From positions 1-50,118 of the forward strand of contig JAFDHQ010000003.1 in assembly GCA_019308685.1 (NCBI GenBank): 50,118 nt of DNA, in the 5' to 3' direction. Made by a program: the position numbers and the translations under genes. This stretch comes from Deltaproteobacteria bacterium (GTDB lineage: Bacteria > Desulfobacterota > Desulfobacteria > Desulfobacterales > UBA11574). Within the stretch, counting starts at the first letter, position 1. Each line of letters starts with the position of its first letter. Shown piece by piece: positions 39,038 through 50,010 of this stretch. Under the pieces are notes generated by a model. It saw only the letters and a list, made by a program, of their open reading frames with translations. It did no database searches and was not told the origin of the DNA.

Positions 39038-39074
39038 GACAAAGGCAGGGGCAAACGACGACCCTGCCTTTGTT
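39038..39074 (+). terminator. Hairpin terminator after the LysM gene
   Basis: GACAAAGGCAGGG...CCCTGCCTTTGTT, located between convergent genes. Confidence 0.65.
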
Positions 39075-39090
39075 ATTCGATGGTTTACTG

Positions 39091-39202
39091 TTGACGGTTT
39101 CGTAAAAAGTCCAACTTCTGCGTTGTGCTGCATTTCGCAATCATTCAACGTACGATAAGTACGCCTCATGATTACAAAATTTGCACGCCTTGAATTTGAA
39201 CT
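39091..39202. repeat. ERIC-like/MITE repeat, subfamily A, right end truncated
   Basis: TTGACGGTTTCGTAAAAAGTCCAACTTCTG...GAATTTGAACT, nearly identical to the copy at the window start. Confidence 0.85.
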
Positions 39203-39246
39203 GCTTGTCAAGAGCTTGCCGCCATGTAACGCAGGCGGATATGTTC

Positions 39247-39444
39247 TCAGTCACCAAACACTTTTGTTCTATCTGAAATTTTATACCCCAACGCCAGAAT
39301 AATCTTTCGTTTTGTTTCCATTCTGCATGGCATGCCCTGTTCGATCCGCGTAATGGTAATCGGGGATATATTGGCCTTTCTTGCGAGCTCGGCCTTGCTC
39401 ATCATGAGAGATTCTCTAATTTCTTTTAGTAAATTTTTACTCAT
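39247..39444 (-). CDS. Small XRE-family HTH protein
   Basis: LKEIRE..MSKAELARKANISPITITRIEQG; paralogue at 45257-45451. Confidence 0.88.
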   Translation of the reverse strand: MSKNLLKEIRESLMMSKAELARKANISPITITRIEQGMPCRMETKRKIILALGYKISDRTKVFGD

Positions 39445-39484
39445 TGGATATAATTGTTTATAAAAGGATCGATTTTTTAGTTAT

Positions 39485-39513
39485 ATCATAAACTTGTCAT
39501 TTGATTTTGTCAA
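39485..39513 (-). promoter_or_regulatory. sigma70 promoter for the XRE gene
   Basis: TTGACA-17 nt-TATGAT. Palindrome AATTATATATAATT lies directly upstream (39518-39531). Confidence 0.7.
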
Positions 39514-39709
39514 GTAAAATTATATATAATTTATATATAATTCCATTGAATTAGAATATATTGTATTTTATTAACATAAGTTACCATATATTGTGTTCTT
39601 CATAATTATGATATTAAATAAAATCGAACGGTTCGATGAATATTTCATCACAAGAGACCCTAAAATAGAATATGGAGGCATGATTTTTTTTTGGAAAATA
39701 ATTGAGTTT

Positions 39710-40057
39710 TTAAGTTCCGGGAACAATAATACGGGAATCTTGTTTTTGCTGATACTTTTTGATCTCTTCCTGCATCTTTGCCAAGGCCGTTTTCATGGCT
39801 TCCGGGTATATCTCCATGGCTTCTTTTAGATTTCTGGCCGCCAGGGGGGTCTGAATCGGAAGCGGCCCTTCAGGGGTCATTAAATTCAGGTAACCCACAA
39901 AAATCTGTTTGCGACCTTTATCTTTCAAACCGTTGGGCTTGACCGGCGTCAAACGCCGTATGGAGGCCATGTCCAAATCGGTAAACGACTCTTCCAGGTA
40001 CAGGTTGTTCTGCTTTACCGATAAGTCCACATCGTTGAATTCTTTTTCATTTAACAT
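39710..40057 (-). CDS. Hypothetical protein
   Basis: AAGGAG RBS, ATG 40057; NLYLEESFTDL..SIRRLTPVKPNG...MTPEGPLPI...SRIIVPG. Function not recognised. Confidence 0.75.
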   Translation of the reverse strand: MLNEKEFNDVDLSVKQNNLYLEESFTDLDMASIRRLTPVKPNGLKDKGRKQIFVGYLNLMTPEGPLPIQTPLAARNLKEAMEIYPEAMKTALAKMQEEIKKYQQKQDSRIIVPGT

Positions 40058-40080
40058 TATTGTCTCCTTTGAATAAATGT

Positions 40081-40198
40081 CTCGGAATATTAGACATATG
40101 CCTGCCTGTCCCGTAGGTCCGGCAGATCGTACTGGGATGGTTATTTTTTTCACATGCCTTGATCTTGAACGAAAATCCTCATTTATGGATGGACACTA
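40081..40198. repeat. Partial ERIC-like repeat (subfamily B) with nested 33-nt hairpin; supplies the recQ stop
   Basis: Interior matches 14022-14091. The end ATTTATGGATGGACACTA matches the 5613 copy. Insertion at 40105-40137. Confidence 0.75.
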
Positions 40199-42016
40199 TT
40201 TAATTTGACGGTCCCCGCAATACTTTCGAATAAGGCCGAGAAAAATCGATCCGTATTTTTCGCGTTTTACAATACCGACACCATGAATATCCAGGAAACT
40301 TTCCATGGTTTGAGGAAAATATGAAGCCATTTCAATCAAGGTTCTGTCTGAAAAAATGACATAAGGAGGAACCCCTGCGTCGTCAGCAAGATTTTTTCTC
40401 TTTTTCCGCAGGATTTCAAACAGATCTTTATCATGGTCCGGTGTGGATTTTATTTTTGATTCTTTTTCAACCTCCTTATCGTCATCTTGTTTTTTTAAAT
40501 AACCCAACACCGTTTCTCTGTTTTGAAAGACATCCCATGCCTTATCTGTAAGCTTCAGACTTCCATATTCCATATCCTGAGTCAGAAGCTTTTTGTGAAG
40601 AAATTGCCGCGCAAGGATCATCCACTCTTTTTTTGAAAATTCCTTTCCAATGCCGTAAGTAGATAATCTGTCATGACCGAATTTTAAAACTTTCCGTGCC
40701 CTTGAACCGCGTAACACATCGATGATATGACCCATTCCAAACACCTCACCGGTGCGCTTGACACATGACAGGAATTTCTGGGCCGGTACGGTGAGATCGG
40801 CCAGCTCTTTTTCTCCGGCCAGACAATTATCGCACATATTGCATTTTTCAATGGAATATTCTTCACCAAAATAATTGAGCAGCGGGACGCGACGGCAGTC
40901 ATCGGTTTCAACAAAGCGTAAAAATGCATTGAAATGGATGTGCGCCACCCGTTTTTCGGGCGCATTTTTCTTGTTGATAAAATGCGTAATTTTATGAATG
41001 TCGGCATAGCTGAACAATAGCATACAATGGGCCGGCAATCCGTCTCGTCCGGCTCTGCCGATTTCCTGGTAATAACTTTCCATATTCTTGGGCATATCGA
41101 AATGAACAACAAATCGAACATTGGGTTTGTTGATCCCCATGCCGAAAGCAATGGTCGCCACAATAATCTGTACATCGTCCCGGATAAACAGGCTCTGATT
41201 TTGTTTTCGCTCGATTTCGGTCAGACCGGCATGATACGGGCGTACGGAAAATCCTTTATCTTTTAGATCGGAATAAAGATCATCTACCTGCCGGCGGGTA
41301 AAACAGTATATGATCCCGGATTGCTCCGGAAATTTTCGGATAAACTCGATGGTTTGGTCTAAAGGGTTGTCTTTGGAAACAACTTGAAGAAACAGATTTT
41401 CTCGATTGAAACCCGCGACATATTCGCCGGAGTCTTCAAAACCGAGACTGGATTTAATGTCTTTTCGCACCCTCGGGGTTGCCGTCGCCGTCAGCGCGAT
41501 AGAAACCGCTTGGGGAAAACGCAGCCGGACACCCACCAACCGACGGTACTCCGGACGAAAATCATGTCCCCATGCGGATATGCAATGGGCCTCGTCAATG
41601 GCAAGGCAATCTACGGGTACAGATGAAAGCATCTCTAATACACTGGATTTCAACAATGACTCCGGTGCCACGTAAAGTAATTTCACTTTGCCTTGTTTAA
41701 CGCGTTCTACATTTCTACGATATTCGTAAGGCGTCAGCGAGCTGTTTAACAGTACCGCTGAAACCCCTGATTCCATTAACTGTTCCACCTGATCCTTCAT
41801 CAGTGAAATCAGCGGGGAAACAACAATGGTCAATCCTTTAAAGATAAGGGCCGGAATCTGGTAGCAGAGAGACTTTCCTCCGCCGGTCGGCATGATAACC
41901 AGGGTATCATTTTTTCGCAGTATGTTTCCAATCACATCTTCCTGCAAATAAATGAACCCGTCATAACCGAACACCGTTTTAAGGATTTTTTTTGCCTGAT
42001 CAATCATGGTCGACAT
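40196..42016 (-). CDS. recQ: DNA helicase RecQ
   Basis: MPTGGGKSLCYQ, DEAHCISAWGHDFRPEY, TATA, YYQEIGRAGRDG, Cys Zn site, RQC, HRDC. Start 42016 or 42007. Confidence 0.96.
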   Translation of the reverse strand: MSTMIDQAKKILKTVFGYDGFIYLQEDVIGNILRKNDTLVIMPTGGGKSLCYQIPALIFKGLTIVVSPLISLMKDQVEQLMESGVSAVLLNSSLTPYEYRRNVERVKQGKVKLLYVAPESLLKSSVLEMLSSVPVDCLAIDEAHCISAWGHDFRPEYRRLVGVRLRFPQAVSIALTATATPRVRKDIKSSLGFEDSGEYVAGFNRENLFLQVVSKDNPLDQTIEFIRKFPEQSGIIYCFTRRQVDDLYSDLKDKGFSVRPYHAGLTEIERKQNQSLFIRDDVQIIVATIAFGMGINKPNVRFVVHFDMPKNMESYYQEIGRAGRDGLPAHCMLLFSYADIHKITHFINKKNAPEKRVAHIHFNAFLRFVETDDCRRVPLLNYFGEEYSIEKCNMCDNCLAGEKELADLTVPAQKFLSCVKRTGEVFGMGHIIDVLRGSRARKVLKFGHDRLSTYGIGKEFSKKEWMILARQFLHKKLLTQDMEYGSLKLTDKAWDVFQNRETVLGYLKKQDDDKEVEKESKIKSTPDHDKDLFEILRKKRKNLADDAGVPPYVIFSDRTLIEMASYFPQTMESFLDIHGVGIVKREKYGSIFLGLIRKYCGDRQIK

Positions 42017-42494
42017 AAAAAGCACAATTAAGGAACTGAGAGAATGGAGTTTGAGATATATCTCTTGTGAAACAAAAAGTCAAAGACAAGAAAGAATTGA
42101 AATTAAACCGAACAAAATCAAAAAGTTTTCCCATGTTGTGGTCATATTTCAAAAGCAAAACTTGCTGAGATGCTGAATACCAGCATGATAGATTTGCCGA
42201 AAACTCTCCAGGAATATGGACATAAAGACCGAGAAGGTTATGATGCTGAAGTGCGTATTGCTTGATGCTAATATTATTCTCATATTACAGCTTTGACTCA
42301 GGCTTTGCTCTCTAACAGATAAGACAGGTTTTGGATTGATGATTCCGAATCCCAATTGACACCTTTCATAGAAAGGTCATGGGAAAAAAGCAGAGCGACG
42401 CCCTGCCACTTTATTGATTATTTTTATCTGTCCATCCCTCTCTTACCTTGCAGAAAAAACTATGTTTTTCCATCAATTATTTTGCTCAATTTCA

Positions 42495-42566
42495 CTATGC
42501 CTGCGGTTGCAGAAAGCGCTCGGGCCTTGTCCTGAACCAAAATCTAACATTTCTGGATGGGCACTA
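42495..42566. repeat. Half copy of ERIC-like repeat (subfamily B); supplies the stop of the RelA/SpoT-domain gene
   Basis: Reverse complement closely matches 5613-5681. Remnant TGTCCATCC near 42429. Confidence 0.75.
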
Positions 42567-43703
42567 ACAAATTGAACGATCTTTTCTCCATCTTAAAACG
42601 GCTCTTAATCCTTCTTGTGCGACTCTTTTGCCTTGAAGTTCGTAGAATATGCCAAAATTTAAAGCATTTATTACATCAACGTTTCTCTCCTTGGCATTCG
42701 CAAAAGGTCCAATATTAAGAATTTCCTGAAAAATGGATTTAAATTCCAGTAGCCGATTTTTGGTGAGTAACTTCTGAAGTGTTTTGTGAGGTTTTTCCTC
42801 AGAATTGACGTCTCCGAGACGTTTTTCAATATAACTTAGCGTTCTGGGCGTAAACTTGAACCTTAAAATCTTTTTCAGGCTCTTCTCAATTTCTGATGAT
42901 GATAATTTCCGACAAGCCTCATCCTTGTCCATGTCAGTTGAAGAAAACTCATCGCCCAAGGAGATTCGAGCTATTCCGTTAACTTTGGCGATTCTTTTCA
43001 AACTGTATGCTTCAGCCAGACGACATAAATACTCAGCCTGAAGTGCGGCTACCTGGAGATAGGCGCTTAAATTGTAAAAGCCCATATGTATATGCTCGGG
43101 GAGATTTAAACCGATTCTACTGCGCACGTATCTATATTTGTGATCAATCTCGCTCCAGGCCTCCTCAAGAATCGTCCTCAATTGCAACTCGAATTGAAGA
43201 CCCTTCAATCCCGGCGGCGCATCTGAATTTTCGCCTAATTCTATCAGGTAATGAATAGATGAGTATCCGCTATATCTCAGATCTATGTCATCTGGTATCG
43301 AATCATCAGGGCTAACCGGCAGAATGAAGGATCTTTTTTGATCGGGGCCTTTTACAAAACTCAAGATGTCCTCTTCAGACAAAAGCTTAAGATATGACTC
43401 GACTTTTTCGATATCTGAAAGGCGCAGACAGATTATCCTGACTCCCAATAGATCACCGACTCTTGCCGGATAATTTTTTTCCGTAATTGACAGTACGCCA
43501 GCCTGAAGTTCTTTATTCAGCCGATTAATTTTCTCGATAAGTCTTAATTCATCTTTGATGCGATATATAATTGTATGCAGACTTTCTTTCGGTGACGAAG
43601 GATCTTCTTGGATCAGCTGAACAATATATTCCGCGAGTTTTTTATATTTTTCCTTTTCATTTAAAAACGATATTAAAATCGTTTCTCTCTGGTGTTTCTT
43701 CAT
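42564..43703 (-). CDS. RelA/SpoT synthetase-domain protein (SAS-like) with C-terminal extension
   Basis: RIK...EK, DLLGVRI, SGYSSIHY, ELQLRTI..EAWSEIDH..RY. Confidence 0.85.
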   Translation of the reverse strand: MKKHQRETILISFLNEKEKYKKLAEYIVQLIQEDPSSPKESLHTIIYRIKDELRLIEKINRLNKELQAGVLSITEKNYPARVGDLLGVRIICLRLSDIEKVESYLKLLSEEDILSFVKGPDQKRSFILPVSPDDSIPDDIDLRYSGYSSIHYLIELGENSDAPPGLKGLQFELQLRTILEEAWSEIDHKYRYVRSRIGLNLPEHIHMGFYNLSAYLQVAALQAEYLCRLAEAYSLKRIAKVNGIARISLGDEFSSTDMDKDEACRKLSSSEIEKSLKKILRFKFTPRTLSYIEKRLGDVNSEEKPHKTLQKLLTKNRLLEFKSIFQEILNIGPFANAKERNVDVINALNFGIFYELQGKRVAQEGLRAVLRWRKDRSIC

Positions 43704-43756
43704 ATGTCGATTTTCCTGAAGGGTTGAGGATAGCTCAGAGTATCAACTTTATAAAT

Positions 43757-43909
43757 TCATGTTGTTTCCGGGGGTACTATTTTCTTCCGGGTTTGGTTCT
43801 GTTGGATATCAGATTCATCGGTTTTTTGATCTATCTTGCGCTGTCTCTTTAGTTCCCTCTTTGCTAATTCTTTTTGACGTTTTTTAAATTGATAATTTGA
43901 CCTTGCCAA
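43757..43909 (-). CDS. Small basic protein (50 aa), below the ORF-track cutoff
   Basis: TTG start; (M)ARSNYQFKKRQKELAKRELKRQRK... resembles the MAxxNYxFxKRQKEL small-protein type (from memory). Weak RBS. Confidence 0.5.
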   Translation of the reverse strand: MARSNYQFKKRQKELAKRELKRQRKIDQKTDESDIQQNQTRKKIVPPETT

Positions 43910-44162
43910 TTTGTTTCTAATTCATAGATCTAATTGAACAATTATAGCCGTAGTGTTCAGATTTGGTATCTTAAGTTTGAATTTTTTAAGATCGTTAAAG
44001 GTTATGATTGGTATATCTTGAAATTTTATCTCTTGCTGTAAAATAATTGATGAAAGACAGGCATTATGAATTTTCGATCTACAGGCTGGAATACAAGATA
44101 GAGGGGTTTGTAATTAGATAAGATCCTGATCTTTTTGTTGTTAAAGGACAAATGTTGCATAT

Positions 44163-44525
44163 TCATACTCGACGAGCATTCTCATAAGTTTCTTCTTTAG
44201 TTTTGCAATCAATGCATAGAGTTGTAACCGGTCTGGCCTCAAGACGTTTAAAAGCAATTCCTTCCTCGCATTTATCACAAATTCCGAATGTGCCGTTTTC
44301 AATTCGTAAAAGAGCTTTACTTATTTTTACAGCAAGTTGTCTCTCTCGATCCCTAATGAGAAGCATAAGATTCCGTTCTGTATCAATTGTAGCACGATCT
44401 GCAGGATCTGGTAAATTCTCTTTCGGAGTGGTCATGCCAGAAACAGCATCACCTGCATGGATTAATAGTTCTTTCAACTGATTCGTCAGAATCTTTTTAA
44501 AATATTCAATATCTTTCTGTCTCAT
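44163..44525 (-). CDS. dksA: RNA polymerase-binding protein DksA
   Basis: DPADRA coiled-coil tip, RDRER, CDKC...RLEARP...CIDC. Confidence 0.92.
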   Translation of the reverse strand: MRQKDIEYFKKILTNQLKELLIHAGDAVSGMTTPKENLPDPADRATIDTERNLMLLIRDRERQLAVKISKALLRIENGTFGICDKCEEGIAFKRLEARPVTTLCIDCKTKEETYENARRV

Positions 44526-44557
44526 AATCAATTTTTTGAAATTTGTCAGTTTAAAAT

Positions 44558-44712
44558 TTGATAAACTCGTAAAAAGTCCGATTTAGACGGTTTCGTAAAA
44601 AGTTCAAATTCAAGGCGTGCAAATTTTGTAATCATGAGGCGTACTTATCGTACGTTGGATGATTGCGAAATGCAGCACAACGCAGAAGTTGGACTTTTTA
44701 CGAGACCGTCAA
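44558..44712. repeat. ERIC-like/MITE repeat, subfamily A, complete (~129 bp plus an extra arm)
   Basis: GACGGTTTCGTAAAAAGT / ACTTTTTACGAGACCGTC. Core AGGCGTAC-TTATC-GTACGTTGGA. Confidence 0.85.
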
Positions 44713-44770
44713 AATTTAACAGACAAATTGTCACTATGCATATCGCCAAATAAAACTATAACCTTTAACC

Positions 44771-44807
44771 AAAAAGAAAGCCCCTGGAATTGACCAGACC
44801 CCAGGGT
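44771..44807 (-). terminator. Probable Rho-independent terminator
   Basis: Minus strand CCCTGG...CCAGGG followed by GCTTTCTTTTT. Confidence 0.5.
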
Positions 44808-44923
44808 CGAACATAAAGGAGGGTAAGACGGATTACCCTTCACACCGGAAAGAAGTGGGTGCTTTGGCAGGTTTGACGCCAACCCTATATGACAGTGGTG
44901 GAAGGATACCCATTTCTGATCAT

Positions 44924-45163
44924 CTATGATAAGGATGTTTGCAATTTTTTATTGAACAAGGAGCTTATTAATTGATATGTAACATTATCCATGGGTTCAA
45001 TCCCCCAGCCCAAATCCTCCAGCTCTCGGTTAGCATCGATTATAGTACAATATCTACCTTTGCCTATAATATTAAAAAGATCTTGCATGAGTCCTGGGAT
45101 TTCAATGGGCATAAACCCCTTTTTTTGAAAGCTCAGAAATAAATCACCTAATCTGCTTCCCAT
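44924..45163 (-). CDS. Hypothetical protein (79 aa)
   Basis: Strong GAGGAGG RBS; ELEDLGWG motif; function unknown. Confidence 0.65.
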   Translation of the reverse strand: MGSRLGDLFLSFQKKGFMPIEIPGLMQDLFNIIGKGRYCTIIDANRELEDLGWGIEPMDNVTYQLISSLFNKKLQTSLS

Positions 45164-45256
45164 CTTTTTGCCTCCTCAATAAACCCTTGTTTTAGGTCAT
45201 CACTCATACCAAGGGTAGTACTTTATACTCTTTCACAAATTGCAAATAATCTTTGA

Positions 45257-45451
45257 TTAATGAAATACTTTGTTTTTATCAGAAATTTTCAACCCCAAAG
45301 CCAAAAGGATTTTTCGTTTTGTTTCCATTCTGCAGGGTTTACCTTGCTCTATTCCTGTAAGGGTGAATGATGATATATTTGAATTTCTAGCAAGTTCGGT
45401 TTTGCTTATCATGAAAGATTCTCTAATTTCTTTTAAGGAGTTTGTGCTCAT
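45257..45451 (-). CDS. Small XRE-family HTH protein, paralogue
   Basis: 47/64 aa identical to 39247-39444 (hand count). Confidence 0.82.
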   Translation of the reverse strand: MSTNSLKEIRESFMISKTELARNSNISSFTLTGIEQGKPCRMETKRKILLALGLKISDKNKVFH

Positions 45452-45805
45452 TTTTTCACCTAAAACATGTTTCGTATTAAGTTTTTACCCGAATCGAGTC
45501 AAAATTCGATTTGAGTAATTTAGGATTTGCTTTAATTACCTGTTGATGATGATTTAAATTCCAAAAAAACCTTCTGATTTTGTCTATCCATTTCCGGCGT
45601 GCTGTCTTCCCAATTATAGATTCTGCAGGCATCAACCTGATCAGATTGAATAATACGGCCAATAAAAGGCATAAAAGGATCTCCGAGCGGACTTTGTTGA
45701 GTTTAAGGCCTGATGATAGCGAGTTGTGAAGGTTTAAATTCAAACCAAACAAAAGAGCATCCCCTCAATATTAGAAGGAATGCCCTTTTTACTCAGAACA
45801 TAAGA

Positions 45806-46006
45806 TTAAATCACAGTGACATTTGCAGCGGCAAGACCTTTTTGTCCTTGCTCTATATCAAAGGAAACTCGGTCGCCTTCACTGAGGGATTTAAAACCCT
45901 CTGCATTGATTGCAGAATGATGAACAAACACATCCGCTCCGTCTTCCTGCTCAATGAATCCGAACCCTTTATGGTCATTAAACCACTTAACAGTTCCATT
46001 GGTCAT
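45806..46006 (-). CDS. Cold-shock protein (CspA family), 66 aa
   Basis: [22 protein letters not shown]; AGGAGG RBS before ATG 46006. Confidence 0.96.
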   Translation of the reverse strand: MTNGTVKWFNDHKGFGFIEQEDGADVFVHHSAINAEGFKSLSEGDRVSFDIEQGQKGLAAANVTVI

Positions 46007-46131
46007 GATAACATCCTCCTTTCTAAAATTTTTCAACGTCACAAACTGGAGGGTGCCACTTTGACAAATGGATTTTTCCTTCAGAAAGAAACCGTCCCGC
46101 AGATTAAACCAGGACTTAATTGATTAGATAT

Positions 46132-46160
46132 ATTATAATCTTTATTTAGAGAGAAAGCAA
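46132..46160 (-). promoter_or_regulatory. sigma70 promoter for csp, implying a ~120 nt 5' UTR
   Basis: TTGCTT-17 nt-TATAAT. Confidence 0.7.
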
Positions 46161-46316
46161 GCTAATTATTTGTTTTTTCTAAAAAAAATGTGAATTACGC
46201 ATTTAAACGTGCAAAAACGAAATGTTACGCGAACAATATCGGAGACGGCTCTGTATGGTAAGGTTTGTGGTTTTATGAAAGAACTTTTTTTCATTGTTGT
46301 TGGATTAGAATTCTTT

Positions 46317-46914
46317 TTAGATCAGTTCTTCAACATGTGTCCGAACATCATCTCCCCTGATATTCGCCATTTTTACGTCCTGTCTTCTGCCGGCTCGTTG
46401 CGCATCGGTCTTCAGGTGTTTCAAGGAAAAACCGCTTATGGCGTTGACCACCGGTTTCAACATATCGTAAGGATCCTGACCTTCTGCCAGACCGCCAAGG
46501 TAATAGACCCACCCTCCTAATTTGGCCGCAATCCGTTCGATTCCGTCTCTGGCCGCCTCGTCCCAGTCGTACGCTACAATGAAGTGCTCAATATCAAGGC
46601 CTTTGAGAATGTTCGCCGCCTCGGGGGTAAGATAGGAACCCAATGTCGAAACCACCACCGGTTTGTCCTGGTTTTGGAGCAGATTATAGAAGGCGAAATA
46701 GTCACCGTAATTTCTTGAAAACGGATCTTTCCGCGTGAAATTGATCTGCCGGCAATAGTATCCGTATCCTTTCACGGTATCATCGTTCAAAAATCTGACC
46801 AATCCACTATCTGAGAACGCATTGAAGGCCCCATAATCCTTTTCAAAGCGTGGGAAGAAGCTGGCTATAAGCGCCCTACCTTGGTGCTGATCATCACTGT
46901 ATGGCGGGCTGTAG
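46317..46914 (-). pseudogene. Fragment of a DnaG-like primase/TOPRIM protein
   Basis: VSTLGSYLT, IVAYDWDEAA (DxD), GQDPYD. The frame is open upstream of 46802 (YSPPY...SGLV). No Zn finger, no EG motif, no RBS. Confidence 0.6.
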
Positions 46915-47007
46915 TTTCTTACCAGCTTTAAATTTTACAATAGTTGAAGCCTTAATTTTAACTGCCTCACCGGTCTGGGGATTGCGCCCCTTACTGGCTT
47001 TTCTGCG
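46894..47007 (-). pseudogene. C-terminal half of an HU/IHF DNA-binding protein
   Basis: RRKASKGRNPQTGEAVKIKASTIVKFKAGKKL; the N-terminal half is absent; begins right after the groEL stop. Confidence 0.85.
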
Positions 47008-47012
47008 GAGGT

Positions 47013-48654
<1,642 letters not shown>

Positions 48655-48673
48655 TTAACCTCCATTTTAGTTT

Positions 48674-48961
48674 TTATTCGATGACGCCAAGCACGTCATC
48701 CTCGCGCATGATAAGGTATTCTTCACCCTTTATTTTTATCTCATTACCCGAATATTTGCCAAATAGAATCCGCTCGCCTTTCTGGACTTCAAGGGCTATT
48801 CTATTTCCCTTTTCGCTGAGTTTACCAATTCCGGCAGCAATCATTCTGCCTTCAATTGGTTTTTCCTTGGCCGTATCCGGGATGATGATCCCACCTTTTG
48901 TTTTTTCTTCTTCTTTAACCCGTTGAACTAAAATTCGATCCTGTAATGGTCTGAGTTTCAT
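48674..48961 (-). CDS. groS: Co-chaperonin GroES
   Basis: [29 protein letters not shown]. Confidence 0.93.
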   Translation of the reverse strand: MKLRPLQDRILVQRVKEEEKTKGGIIIPDTAKEKPIEGRMIAAGIGKLSEKGNRIALEVQKGERILFGKYSGNEIKIKGEEYLIMREDDVLGVIE

Positions 48962-49019
48962 GGTTCAAATTCTCCTTTTTGAAACAACAATCGAGTCATA
49001 AACCGAGGAAATTTTCTTG

Positions 49020-49343
49020 TCAATTCGAGTGATACTTAACACCAATGCCATATTGATCTTGTTTCCCGCCGGTCAGTTCTCGGCACGATTTGACTTCGCC
49101 CAGGGCGTTCCATCGAATGCCCTCAGGGTCTGTGGATCGATCGTTGTGATCAATGCAATTCAGAACACGGATGAGAACTGTGAAACCTACGCCGAGAGCC
49201 CGATCCGTCTCAAAATAGCTGCCGTCTCGGCTGAAGTTAAGCGTACGCTCCGCGTAGTAATCTTTTTTGTTGAAATAAGACCAAATTATTTCTCCATCGC
49301 AACCGTTACGTTTCTCATAGCGTTTATCCAAAAAAGCTACCGT
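49020..49343 (-). pseudogene. PilZ-like domain protein, start codon probably lost
   Basis: RYEKR (RxxxR) and NFSRDG (NxSxxG), GEV, YGIGVKY. AAGGAG lies 8 nt upstream of an in-frame ACG (49343). Confidence 0.55.
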
Positions 49344-49629
49344 GGTGTTTTCTCCTTCACAAAAAAATATGTTGCTCGAACCTGACTTCCAAAGCAATCT
49401 CAAATGCGATTGATGGAATTAAGCCTGGCTTGGAAAGAATGATAAAGAATGTAATCTTCTGAAATAAGTCAACAAATGAAAGCGCGCAATGTGATTAACT
49501 GTTGCGAGGCTGGCTCCGGCTAAATTCAAACCGGCGTTAGTTAAAAAGTAGAAAAGAGAAATGTTGGGATAGTCTATTTATTTTATTAATATATGTATTT
49601 ATATCCATTTTGTCAAGCTGATTCAGAAT

Positions 49630-50010
49630 AAAAAGCTGCAAAAATTGTCCGGTCCAGATGCGATATCAGCTTCGGCGTTGTCCAAACAGGTAGACGTTTC
49701 TCAATCGACGCTTTCGAAATGGTTGCGCATGGCCGGAGACGGACCATCGTATGGTTTTTCCAACAATGCTCACGAGTATTAAAAAATCCAAAACGTCCCA
49801 ACGATTGGAGTGCTGAAGATAAGCTCAAGGTCGTCGTGGAAGCTGCCTCGCTTGATGACGAGCAGCTTGGCGCATTTCTCCGCAAAAAAGGACTGCATCA
49901 GGCACATCTTGACCAATGGCGTTCGCAGATGCTCGATGTATCCAACAGTGCGCCATTCCGGGATCTTTCTCCCAAACAGATCGTACCCAAACTTGCGGAT
50001 CAGGTGACAA
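49630..50010 (+). mobile_element. IS3-family transposase remnant
   Basis: HTH SASALSKQVDVSQSTLSKWLR, then a stop and frame change. WSAEDKLKVV.EAASL..EQLGAFLRKKGLH..HLDQW (OrfA-like) is joined directly to NS..FRDLSPKQIVPKLAD (OrfB-like). No DDE core. Confidence 0.75.

Noticed and set aside
1-44712. Dispersed repeats as a CRISPR array or as autonomous IS elements
   Set aside because: There is no repeat-spacer periodicity and no cas gene, and the elements are under 160 bp with no transposase.
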